From Mobula hypostoma (Eukaryota): a stretch of 64,000 bases of DNA. The notes beneath the pieces were generated by a model that was given only the letters and a program-made list of their open reading frames with translations, did not search any database and was not told the DNA's origin. How positions within the stretch are numbered: the stretch's first letter is position 1; every line of letters starts with the position of its first letter. Positions 52,361 to 64,000 of this stretch are shown piece after piece. The stretch lies in assembly GCF_963921235.1 (NCBI RefSeq), contig NC_086108.1, positions 67,334,001 through 67,398,000 on the forward strand, read 5' to 3'. The position numbers and the translations under genes are program-made.

Positions 52361-53763
52361 CAAGTCAAGTCAAGTCAAATCACTTTTTATTGTCATTTCA
52401 ATCATAACTGCTGGTACAGAACATAGTAAAAATGAGACAAAGTTTTCCAGGACCATGGTGCTACGTGAAACAATACAAAAACTACACTGAACTACGTAAG
52501 AAAAAAACATAAAAACTACAATAGACTACAAACCTACCCAGGACTGCATAAAGTGCACAAAACAGTGCAGGCACTACAATAAATAATAATAAATAATAAA
52601 CAAGACAGTAGGCACAGTAGAGAGTATAGTAGATTGGTGTCAGTCCAGGCTCTGGGTATTGAGGAGTCTGACGGCTTGGGGGAAGAAACTGTTACATAGT
52701 CTGGTTGTGAAAGCCCGAATGCTTCGGTGCCTTTTGCCAGATGGCAGGAGGGAGAAGAGTCTATATGAGGGGTGTGTGGGGTCCTTCATAATGCTGTTTG
52801 CTTTGTGGATGCAGCGTGTGGTGTAAATGTCTGTGATGGCAGGAAGAGAGATCCCGATGATCTTCTCAGCTGACCTCACTATCCACTGCAGTGTCTTACG
52901 ATCCAAGATGGTGCAATTTCTGAACCAGGCAGTGATGCAGCTGCTCATGATGCTCTCGATACAACCTCTGTAGAATGTGGTGAGGATGGGGGGTGGGAGA
53001 TGGACTTTTCTCAGCCTTCGCAGAAAGTAGAGATGCTGCTGGGCTTTCTTTGCTATGGAGCTGGTGTTGAGGGACCAGGTGAGATTCTCCGCCAGGTAGA
53101 CACCAAGAAATTTGGTGCTCTTAACGATCTCTACGGAAGAGTTTTTGATGTTCAGCAGAGTGGTCGCTCAGTATCCTCCTCTCAACAACCACCTCTTTTG
53201 TTTTGTTCACATTCAGAGACAGGTTGTTGGCTCTGCGCCAGTCCGTTAGCCGCTACACCTCCTCTCTGTATGCTGACTAATCGTTCTTGCTGATGAGACC
53301 CACCACGGTCATGTCATCGGCGAACTTGATGATGTGGTTCGAGCTGTGTGTTGCAGCACAGTCGTGGGTCAGCACAGTGAACAGCAGTAGACTGAGTACA
53401 CAGACCTGCGGGGCTCCTGTGCTCAGTGTGATGGTGTTGGAGATGCTGCTTCCAATCCAGACTGACTGAGGTCTCCCAGTCAGGAAGTCTAGGATCCATT
53501 TGCAGAAGGAGGTGTTCAGGCCCAGTAGGCTCAGCTTTCCAATCAGTTTCTGAGGAATGATTGTGTTGAATGCTGAACTGCAGTCTATGAACAACATTTG
53601 AATGCACGTGTCATTTTTGTCCAGGTGGGTAAGGGCCAGGTGGAGGGTGATGGCAGTGGCATCGTCTGTTGAACGATTGGGACGGTACGTGAACTGCAGG
53701 GGGTCCAGTGAGGGGGGCAGCAGGGTCTTGATGTGCCTCATGACAAGCCTCATGACATGTTTC
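52361..53763 (-). mobile_element. Rex1/Babar RT/3' fragment in the BEL RT
   Basis: (caagt)n tail; [22 protein letters not shown]; flanked by AGTT (52357-60, 53764-67). Confidence 0.9.
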
Positions 53764-56700
53764 AGTTGCTCCACAGTCAAACACAACAGAACGTTTTCCT
53801 TTTAAAGGGTGATAAACACGATGTGGAATATACCAGACTTTCCCATTACTGTGTTCCAGATGCCCTGCTTGCACTCTTTTAGCATAACCTTTAGAGATGA
53901 CATCTTTCATGCAAGCTGTGCAGTATCTGTGAAAAGACAAATCCTTCTTAAACCTCTTCCTTAGATGTAGAACTGTTCAGCAACCTGCCTTTTATTTGAC
54001 ATGTTAACCTCTTTTGTTCTCAAAGGTAAACTAATCTTGTAGTGGCCATCCACCAGTTTTGCAGAATTTATAACTAGCTCCATGAACTTGTGATCTTCTC
54101 TTGACAAACAAAGGTTGTTCATCCTGATTCTATTTTGGGAAGCCTGTCTTGAACTGCCGCTGCCAAAGCTCATCCAAGTTCAAGACTGAGATCCTGTTAA
54201 CCATCAGCTCTGGCACAGCCTCATTCACAGACCAACCTAACATTGTTCTAATTGCTTCGTCCATTATTAACACTATGAATCACCACTCCAATGCTTTAGG
54301 CACATTGTTCCCATCAGCAGCTCTATTTCTAAATCAATCTCTGGAAAATGGACATGTTTCAGGTGAGAGCATCCCTGGAAATCCCTCTGCCGTGGAATAT
54401 TCCATTTGGAAACAGACGTACATTCCCGCACAACTTGCTGATGTGTCCTATACACAAACAGCAAAAGCAGATGCCACTTTCTTTTAGGAAGGCTATCTCC
54501 TCTTTTCTCCAGCCAAGGGAATGAATTCCAATATACACTCACCCTCGTAGAACAGACAAATCCTTTTGGCTGACGAGACCGTTTCCCTTCCATTGGTCCC
54601 TGGTCCATTTTAACTTTACAGTGGCCAAAGTAGTGGCAAAGATGCTCCCGTTAGCTTCAGAAGAAAATTGTGGCTTAGTTTTGTTTACACCTTTGCTTAT
54701 TGCTGGTGACATAGCATCTTGTATACTCCCAATCTCTGGATGTGCAGCAACCTTTACTTGCCTTTCTATAAAACCAATAACATCAATAAATGCAATCTTA
54801 TGGTTATGCCTTTCTTGCAGTTTACAGACCACCATTCTCCATTTAATCCTAAGCATATAGGGCAATATCTTTACGACAATCAATATATTAGCAAGCATGT
54901 CCAGCTCACATATGTACTGCACATTTTGCATGGTATTACAAAAGCCTTTAAGAAAAAGGCTGTAGTCTTGAAGAGTTTTCATATCTTCAGATTTGATAGA
55001 CACCGAAAAAAGAGCCTTTTGTGGATGCAATTTTCTGTTCAATATCAAAATGTTCCTGTAGTAAAGCCTTAGCTTTTAGATATCCTTTCATAGAGTCAAC
55101 ATGCTGACAACTTCTGACAAGTTCTCTAGGCTGATCTCTAGTGCACTGTTCAAGGAAATAAAGGCAGCCACTATAGCTGTCAATGTTGCCTTCAACACTG
55201 TTTTCAAAAGCCCTCATGAACGCATGATAGAGCAACGGATCACCGTTAAAGACATGAATCTCTCACTTCGGGCAAAGATGAAATGTGTTGCTATTTTACC
55301 AGTAAAACTGTTATTTCATTTTGCTTCTTCATATCAATAGTATTATTTTGACCTTTATCATCTAAAACAAAAGTGATTTCTGCTGTAAGTTAATGTCCCC
55401 ATGAGCACTTTGATCTGTTGGATATGATATAGGTTCAGAGTGCCTCATTGGCGCAAGCTGATATTAAACACTTTGTACTACCTCTTGGGGGTCTTGCTCA
55501 TGTTTCACAGACAGCTGAGGAATGAATACATCAGCATTGACATTGGGTGTTTTTGTTTTTCTTTGTGCCTTTTCAATATTGGAATTCACACCATAGGACT
55601 GTCCTGCTGGAGCACTTTTAGCACTCAACACTCTTGAAGCCCTTAACACACTAACTTTGGCCATATGTGCAGCAATTCCTTTCTCCAACTTAAGCTTTCT
55701 TTCCTCTTCCGTAGCTGCTCCTTCCTTTTCTGTAGATGCTTCTCTTGCTCTCCCGGTGCATGTTTGTCCTTCAGTAATCATTGACATGCAATTTATGCAG
55801 TTAAATCAGCCTCTGTTTTCATGCCTGCAGAGGAGATAGTAGATACAGAGGATCTGCTTCCTGCAGCAGAGCTTTGAGCACTGACATTAGACATACTGTC
55901 GTTCAGTTTCATGTCTTCCTGTGGGTCACCTGCTCAATGCCCAGTCAAAACATGCCTTGGAATTGGAGAAACATTGTCTGATGACAGATGAGGCACATAC
56001 TCACTTACTATAGCAACGTGACTCCAATGGAATATGTTTGATTAACTGTTGCTTTGTATCTTCTATGAGTGCACTGCAATAGTGATCAATGTTTGAAATC
56101 ATCGGTTCTATTTTTTTCTGTTCAGCCTTGGAAAGTAAGGAGATTATCACATGAAGGTGCTCAGCAACAGCTTCATTAAGGTAGCCAAGTCCTCAAGACA
56201 AGATTGCCCTTGGAAGACATTTTTCTTTAATTTTCACAAGAACATTAATTGATGTTATTAAACCTTTAATTTAGAAACATAGAAACAGAGAAAACCTACA
56301 GCACAATACAGGCCCTTCGGCTCACAAAGTTGTGCCGAACATGTCTCTACCTTAAAAAATTACTAGGCTTACCCATAGCCCTCTATTTTTTTAAGCTCCA
56401 TGCACCTATCCAAAAGTCTCTGAAAAGACCCTATCGTATCCGCCTCCACCACTGTTGCCGACAGCCCATTCCACACACTCACCACTCTGCATAAAAAACT
56501 TACCCCGACATCTGCTCTGTACCTACTTCCAAGCACCTTAAAACTATACCCTCTCGTGCTAGCCATTTCAGCCCTGGGAAAAAGCCTCTGATTATCCACA
56601 CGATCAATGCCTCTCATCATCTTATACACCTCTATCAGGTCACCTCTCATCCTCCGTCACTCCAAGGAGAAAAGGCTGAGTTCACTCAACCCGTTTTCAT

Positions 56701-57171
56701 AAGGCATGCTCCCCAATCCAGGCAACATCCTTGTAAATCTCCTCTGCACCCTTTCTATGGCTTCCACATCCTTCCTGTAGTGAGGCGACCAGAACTGAGT
56801 ACAGTACTCCAAGTGGGGTCTGACCAGGGTCCTATATAGCTGCAACATTACCTCTCGGCTCCTAAATTCAATTCCATGATTAATGAAGGCCAATACAATG
56901 TATGCTTTCTTAACCACAAAGTCAACCTGCGCAGTTGCTTTGAGGGTCCTATGCACTCGGACCCCAAGATCCCTCTGATTCTCCACACTGCCAAGAATCT
57001 TCCCTATATTCTGCCATCATATTTGACCTACCAAAATGAAAACAACTTCACACTTATCTGGGTTGAACTCCATCTGCCACTTCTCAGCCCAGTTTTGTAT
57101 CCTATCAATGTCCCACTGTAACCTCTGTCAGCCCTCCACATTATCCACAGCACCTCCAACCTTTGTGTCAT

Positions 57172-57990
57172 AGATAGATAGATAGATAGATAGATATACT
57201 TTATTAATCCCGAGGGAAATTTGGTTTCATTACAGCCACTCCAACCAAGAATAGAGTGTAAATATAAAAAATACAAAAACCACCAACAATCAAACAACAA
57301 AATGCAAACTATGCCAGATGGAAAATAAGTCCAGGACCAGTCTATTGGCTCAGGGTGACTGACCCTCCACAGGAGGAGCTGCACGTTCGATGGCCACAGG
57401 CAGAAACGACCTCCCGTGCACCAAGTGTTGTATCACGGTGGAATGTGGCCGAAGTCCAACAGTAAAAGTTCAATATCCAGTCTGCAAACAGGTTCCTTGA
57501 TCGTAATATGCCCCGGATTGCACCATTTGTTGTTAACCAGAACAGTAAGCACCCAACTCCTTTACACTTACCGCTGTCAGTGCACTTCCGGTCAGCTGGA
57601 ACGGTATTACCCACCGAACTCCTCTTCTCTGTAAGTCTCTGTTGTCTCGACCCAGTCCTCTTTCCTTGACTTTGTGATCCCCCTCTGCATCCTCTGTGTG
57701 TTTTCCTCTGGAGTTCAGCAGTGATGTCCGCCGTTCTGTTCGCTAAACTGGCCAGCATTAGCTGGTCCCTGGAATACCCAATGCGACCTTGCTTCTGTCC
57801 TGCGTGTCAGGACGTAACCATTTCCAGCGCTAAAAAAAACCCAAATAAAACTCTCTCTACCAGCATGTTAGAGAGGGTGCAGCTTCAACGTGTTACCATG
57901 AGAAAAAAAATACAAAAAAAATGTAAATTAGAAAGTAAGAATAGATCGGAATGGCTGTACCAGGCTGCATGCACGACCGGCGCATGCGCA
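57172..57990 (-). mobile_element. Internally deleted Rex1-like LINE with (TCTA)n tail and 6-bp TSD
   Basis: TSD TGTCAT at 57166-71 and 57991-96; (taga)n at 57171-97. 5' portion encodes RKTHRGCRGG and endonuclease scraps (DRKCTDSGKCKGVG). Confidence 0.65.
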
Positions 57991-59910
57991 TGTCATCAGC
58001 AAACTTACTAACCCATCCCTTCACTTCCTCATCCAGGTCATTTATAAAAATCACGAAGAGTAAGGGTCCAAGAACAGATCCCTGAGGCACACCACTGTTC
58101 ACCGACCTCCATGCAGAATACAACCCGTCTACAACCATTCTTCGCCTTCTGTGGGCCAGCCAGTTCTGGATCTACAAAGCAATGTTCCCTTGGATCCCAT
58201 GCCTCCTTACTTTCTCAATAAGCCTGCGATGGGATACCTTATCAAATGCCTTGCTGAAATCCACATACACTACATCTACTGCTCTTCTTTCATCAATGTG
58301 TTTAGTCACATCCTCAAAAAATTCAATCAGGCTCGTAAGGCACAACGTGCCCTTGACAAAGCTATGTTGACTATAACTAATCATATTATACCTCTCCAAA
58401 TGTTCATAAATCCTGCCTCTCAGGATCTTCTCCATCAAATTACCAACCACTGAAGTAAGACTCATTTGTCTATAATTTCCTGGGCTATCTCTGCTACCTT
58501 TCTTGAATAAAGGAACAACATCTGCAACCCTCCAATCCTCCAGAACCTCTCCCAGCCCCATTGATGATTCAAACATCATCGCCAGAGGCTCAGCAATCTC
58601 CTCCCTCGCCTCTCACAGTAGTGTGGGGTACATCTCGTTCGGTCCCGATGACTTACCCAACTTGATGCTTTCCAAAAGCTCCAGCACATCCTTTTTCTTA
58701 ATATCTACATGCTCAAGCTTTTCAGCCTGCTGCAAGTCATCACTACAACCACCAAGATCCTTTTCAATAATGAATACTGAAGTAAAGTATTCCTTAAGTA
58801 CCTCTGCTATTTCCTCCACTTCCATACACACTTTCCGTCTGTCATACTTGATAGGTCCCATTCTTTCACATCTTATCCTCTTGCTCTTAACATACTTGTA
58901 GAATGCCTTGGGGTTTTCCTTAATCCTGCCCGCCAAGGCCTTCTCGTGGCCCCTTCTGGCTCTCCTAATTTCCTTTTTAAGCTCCCATCTGTTAGCCTTA
59001 TAATCTTCTAGATCTCTAATATTATCTAGCTCTCTAAACCTTCTGTAAGCTTTTCTCTTCTTCTTGACTAGATTTATTACAGCCTTTGTACACCACAGTT
59101 CCTGTACCCTACCATAACTTCCCTGTCTCATTGGAACGTACCTATGCAGAACTCCACACAAATATCCCCTGAACATTTACCACATTTCCTCCGTACTTTT
59201 CCCTGAGAACATCTGTTCCCAATTTAAGCTTCCAATTTCCTGCCTGATAGCCTCATAGTTCCCCTTACTCCAATTAAATGCTTTTCTAACTTATCTGTTC
59301 CTATCTCTCTCCAATGCTATTGTAAAGGAGATAGAATTATGATCACTATCTCCAAAATGCTCTCCCACTGAGAGATCTGACACCTGACCAGGTTCATTTC
59401 CCAATACCAAATCAAGTACAGTCTCTCCTCTTGTAGGCTTATCCACATATTGTGTCAAGAAACCTTTCTGAGCACACGTAACAAACTCCACCCCATCTAT
59501 ACCTCTTGCTTTAGGGAAATACCAATCGATATTTGGGAAATTAAAAGCTCCCGTCACGACAACTCTGTTATTATTACACCTTTCCAGGATCTGTTTCCCT
59601 ATCTGCTCCTCGATATCCCTGTTACTATTGGGCGGCCTATAAAAAATACGTAGTAAAGTTATTGACCCCTTCCTGTTCCTAACCTCCACCCACAGAGACG
59701 CCGTAGACAATCCCTCCATGGCGTCCATCTTTTCTGCAGCCGTGACACTATCTCTGATCAACAGTGCCACCCCCCCACCCCCTTTGCCTCCCTCCCTGTC
59801 CTTTCTGAAACATCTAAAACCCGGCACTTGAAGTAACCATTCCTGTCCCTGAACCATCCAAGTCTCTGTAATGGCCACCACATCATAGCTCCAAGTACTG
59901 ATCCATGCTC

Positions 59911-60572
59911 AGGTTTCACCGATGTACCGGGAGCACCGGATGCAATAGATGACCCCAACAGACTCACAAATGAAGTGTTGTCTCACCTGGAAACCAAATG
60001 CAGAATGGGGGACTGCTTCATCGAGCACCTCCACTCCATCTGCCACAACAGACAGGATCTCCCGGTAGCTACCCACTTCAACACTGCTTCCCATTCGCAT
60101 TCAGATATGTTCATATATGGCCTCCTTTACTGCCATGATGAGCCTAAACTCAGGTTGGAGGAGTTTCACCTCATATACTGTCTAGGTAGTCTCCAGCTCC
60201 TTGGTATGAACATAGAATTCTCCAACTTCCGGTAATTCCCTTCCTCTATCCCTATTTCACTCTGCCCACTCCCCCTGCTGCCTATCACCTCCCTCATGGT
60301 TCCGCCTCCTTCTTCTACTACCCATTGTTTTCCTGCCTATGACGTCCCTGCTTCCCCTCCCCCACCCCTTTGTCTTTCAAATTACTGGTCTTTCAACTGA
60401 ACCGACAAGCATTCTTCAAATCCTTCTCCCTCCTTCTTTGTTCAGTCCTGACGAAGGGTTCCGGCCCGAAACGTCGACTCATCGTTTCCACTGATGCTGC
60501 CCGACCTGCTGAGTTCCTCCAGCGTGCTGTGAGTGTTGCTTTGATCCCAGCATCTGCAGATTATTTTGTGTT
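59911..60572 (+). mobile_element. Penelope-like insertion with 5' inversion and 15-bp TSD
   Basis: TSD TACTGATCCATGCTC at 59896-59910 and 60573-60587. Minus-strand GIY-YIG start (GVIYCIRCSRYIGET, 59911-59990) is fused to the plus-strand continuation (ETKCRMGDCFIEHL). Confidence 0.92.
60444..60479 (+). ncRNA. Minimal type I hammerhead ribozyme of the PLE
   Basis: AGUC-CUGACGA-A-GGG uuccgg CCC-GAAA-CGUC-GACU: stem I AGUC/GACU, intact core, palindromic ACGU stem III, predicted cleavage after C60475. Confidence 0.85.
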
Positions 60573-63500
60573 TACTGATCCATGCTCTATGCTCATCTGC
60601 TTTATTCACAATAATCCTTGCATTAAAATAGACACATCTCAAACAGTCCATCTGAGTGCATCCCTTCTCTATCACCTGCCTATCCTCCCTCTCATACTGC
60701 TTAAAAGCTTTCTCTATTTCTGAGCCAACCTCCTCTTCCCCAGTCTCTTCAGTTCGGTTCCCACCCCCAACATTTCTAGTTTAAACTCTCCCCAGTAGCC
60801 TTAGCAAACCTCCCTGCCAGGATATTGGTCCCCCTGTGATTCAAGTGCAACCCATCCTTTTTGTACAGGTCACACCTGCCCCAAAAGAGGTCCCAATGAC
60901 TGAGAAATCTGAATCCCTGCCCCCTGCTCCAACCCTCAGCCACGCATTTATCCTCCACCTCATTCTATTCCTATACTCACTGTCGCGTGGCACAGGCAGT
61001 AATCCTGAGATTACTACCTTTGCGGTCCTGCTTCTCAACTTCCTTTCTAACGCCCTGTAGTCTTTTTTCAGGATGTCTTCCCTTTTCCTACTTATGTCAT
61101 TGGTACCAATATGTACCACAACCTCTGGCTTTTCTCCCTCCCACTGCAGGATATCTTGGACGCGATCTGAAGCGTCCCGGACACTGGCACCTGGGAGGCA
61201 AACTACCATCCGAGTTTCTTTCCTGCATCCACAGAATCGCCTGTCTGACCCCCTAACTATAGCGTCCCCTATCACTACTGCCTTCCTCTTCCTTTCCCTA
61301 CCCTTCTGACCCACAGGGCCAGACTCTGTGCCAGAGTCACGGCCACTGTTGCTTCCTCCAGGTAGGCTATACCCCCACAACAGTACTCAAACAGGAGTAC
61401 TCATTGTCAAGGGTACAGCCACAGGGGTACTCTCTAGTACCTGACTCTTCCCCTTCCCTCTCCTGACTGTTACCCACTTGTCTGTCTCCCGTGGCCCTGG
61501 TGTGACCACCTCCCTATAATTCCTTTCTATCACCTCCTCGCTTTCCCTGCCAGACGATGGTCATTGAGCTGCAACTCCAGTTCCCTAACTCCATCCCTTA
61601 GGAGCTGCAACTCGACACAGCATGTGCAGATATGGCCGTCCGGGAGGCTGGGAGTCTCCAGGACCTCCCACATCCGACACCGAGCACAGGAGACTGTCCT
61701 CACACACATACTTCCTTTCTGCAATTAACACAGGTAAACCTACCTCAGCTCGATACCGCCTGAGCCCATTGAGCCTTACCACTCTGCTACCTGTCACTCT
61801 GCTGCCTGCTGGATATGGTGGTCTTCTTTTTAAACTTTTCCCACTCTACTGGCTGATGTCATGCACCTGCGCAGAATTGCCTCTCTTTTACCCCAAGTAG
61901 GAAAATGCCTTCGCTCCAAAAATCCTTAGCCGTTCCACTCGCAGCCTTCTTGCTCACATTTTGTTTACATTTGTTTCATACTCCTTTTGCAGCCTTAGCT
62001 TGTAAGCCCTGACTGCCTGGTCAATTCCATGCTTAGATACATTCATTTTAATTTCTCTGGTTGCATGGCTCACAATTAACTTAGTGTTCACCTGCAGCAC
62101 CAGCGATATTCATTTCAATAGACATAGTCAACAAGCTGTCCGTGCATCTACAGCTCTTAAACCAGACCAAACAAATAGTCTACAATTCAAACACTGACAA
62201 CCAGAATATCCCAGCACTTCAGTAAAAAAAGGTGATAAACCCTAGGCAAACACTTCCCAAGCAACAGTCACCAATGGATGGGCATCACTGACCATTCAAA
62301 CCACAAACACACAACATGAATCAACAGAAGTTCATAGATAATCCTACCACAAGCTGCTCCTATTTCCAACATATTGTTCTCAGAGTTGCAATTCCTAATT
62401 TGCCAATGGGTCTGAGGCAATTATTTTCCACAGACTAGTGTTTGTTATAAGTATCTTTTTTTGTTGGCAAAACATAGTGGTTACTTGAAAACAAACTAAA
62501 ACTGCTGAGAGACTAAACCAGGGTAATTGGCAATGTATGAAACACTTCCAAGTAAGGAATTTCCAAATCAAAAATGGTACATTAAACCTTTTATTACAAA
62601 ACCAGCAAAGAATAATAATCTTGTGCAATAAAAAGACTACTAAAATAAATTAGCGATGTAATGGTCTAATAGCGATGCTAGAATTCGAACAGTGTAACTA
62701 AGCGTACCAGTTAGCCATCCTGTTAGTGAAATAATGAAGTTAGTGTAAATAACTAGCATATTTAAGGGGTCTAATAATGTTTCAATTAATGATCAACAAA
62801 ACCCATGGCTAACTCACTCCCCAATAGATAAGCTAAACAACTCACAAAACAAGGATGCATAACTATACTTATTTGCTTCTACCATGTAACAGATTACCAT
62901 AATAAACACACCACAAAATACAATACAGACAGAAAATAGATCCATGGCTGTAATAGACAGAAAGTAAATAACTGACTCCTACAAGTACTTTTCAAAATCG
63001 TGTTTTTAAGGTAAACATGACGACCAATTTTGCACACAGCAGATTTCTATCAACAGTGATATTTTATTTAATTGACCAGCTCATCTGTTCTGCCAGTGTT
63101 AATATTGGTTACTTCATCAGGATAAACTAGTGTTTTTCTTCAGATGGTGCCATTAAATCATTCACATTTATCTAACTCTTCACTCAAGATGGTGGGGTTT
63201 TGATTTTAATATATAATAGAAAGTGATTACATGGTAGCAGCTATTTGACCCATCATAATCAGGAGCACTTTGTGGCATTCGGCCTCCATAAAGAGATACT
63301 CTACTGACAATGGAAAAACTGAGTGGGCAGCTTCGAAGCCTGTTACTGGCCATTCAAGCCGTTCCTCTCAAATTTAACGGAGTGTGTTATCAACATTTAG
63401 CTGCTGATAAAGGGTGTCTCATTGGAGAAACTGTTCACAGGACTCCATTAGCAACCTGCCAGGCAGAGACATCACAATGGCAACAACTTTACTCCAAGTC

Positions 63501-64000
63501 CATTACCTCTTTGCAATTAATGGTGTTACTCACTCTAAATGAAGACGCATTTCAAAAATGCTGGAATATACAACTGAAAGAAAATCAAATAATGCAAACA
63601 TTGAAAAGCATAAAATTAGAAGTTCTTAGTGCCTCCCTCACTTCATTCGCCTTTATGAAGGTTTGATTTTCTGGTGCCTAGTCACTGTGAGCTCTCTGAG
63701 GCTGCAGTGGTAAGTTGTTTTCATACACACTGAGCCCACACTGTCATCTTGGTGACTCATATAAGCTGTGCATTATTTTAGGTCTTCGATGCCATGGGGA
63801 GTTGGATGCAGGCTGCCTTCCAAAGCAGCAGAGGGAACAGTCTTACTGTATATGGTTGGCTGTGGGACAAGTGTGAGCATGCTCACTCAAGGGAGCAGGA
63901 TGCCATTGTCCTGAATCTGAAAACCAGGCAATCTCTCAGGGGGCTGGGGAGATGAGGGTGTGCAGTGGTTTGTAGGAAACCAAACCATTTCCTCATTGTT

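Larger units (their letters stand above)
56272..61955 (-). mobile_element. Essentially full-length CR1 LINE (ORF1 zinc finger/coiled-coil + SGNH esterase; ORF2 APE-RT)
   Basis: ORF1 CARC..CTCC..LELQL, VVIGDAIVR..LPGA..HIGTND..GLHLN. ORF2 YFNAR..AITETW..GDSDHN, YVDFSKAFDK, GVPQGSVLGP, KFADD. 3' (ttctatgt)-type tail at 56272-56295. Confidence 0.95.
48515..62955 (-). mobile_element. BEL/Pao LTR retrotransposon, decayed and expanded by nested insertions
   Basis: Diverged ~0.5-kb direct repeats at ~48515-49035 and ~62475-62955. Integrase GVDYFGPFEVK..RYGVIFTCLAIRAV, RT ADIESMFHQVKV..LRFLWW..YVDD, WYIPH..VVFDC, and gag-like YHAFMRAFE..LYFLEQCT. Confidence 0.9.

Noticed and set aside
63310..63666. 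118-aa ORF as a host gene
   Set aside because: No recognisable domain or splice context; it may be a very old GIY-YIG/PLE remnant, which I cannot support firmly.

Overview
This is eukaryotic, repeat-dense non-coding DNA. The family mix (CR1 with esterase ORF1, Rex1/Babar, hammerhead-bearing Penelope-like elements) points to a cartilaginous fish, probably a ray, but that is an inference. No intact host gene is recognisable; there are only weak exon candidates. Most of the window is nested, decayed mobile elements: several CR1 and Rex1 LINEs, Penelope-like elements (PLEs), a near full-length Hero-type RLE non-LTR retrotransposon, two Gypsy LTR elements, a BEL/Pao element, and hAT, Sleeping Beauty-like Tc1 and Chapaev3-like DNA transposons. 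Two signals stand out. (1) The Hero-type element has a 221-bp 3'-end duplication at its 5' side (pseudo-LTR). At the junction lies a complete hammerhead core in a rearranged, pseudoknotted order, and the element's 3' end stops 16 nt short of the predicted cleavage site. This suggests ribozyme-processed, possibly circular RNA templates. (2) The younger Gypsy element has no tRNA primer-binding site. It has a perfect 16-nt complement of its own LTR poly(A)-signal region instead. All coordinates and alignments were read by eye.
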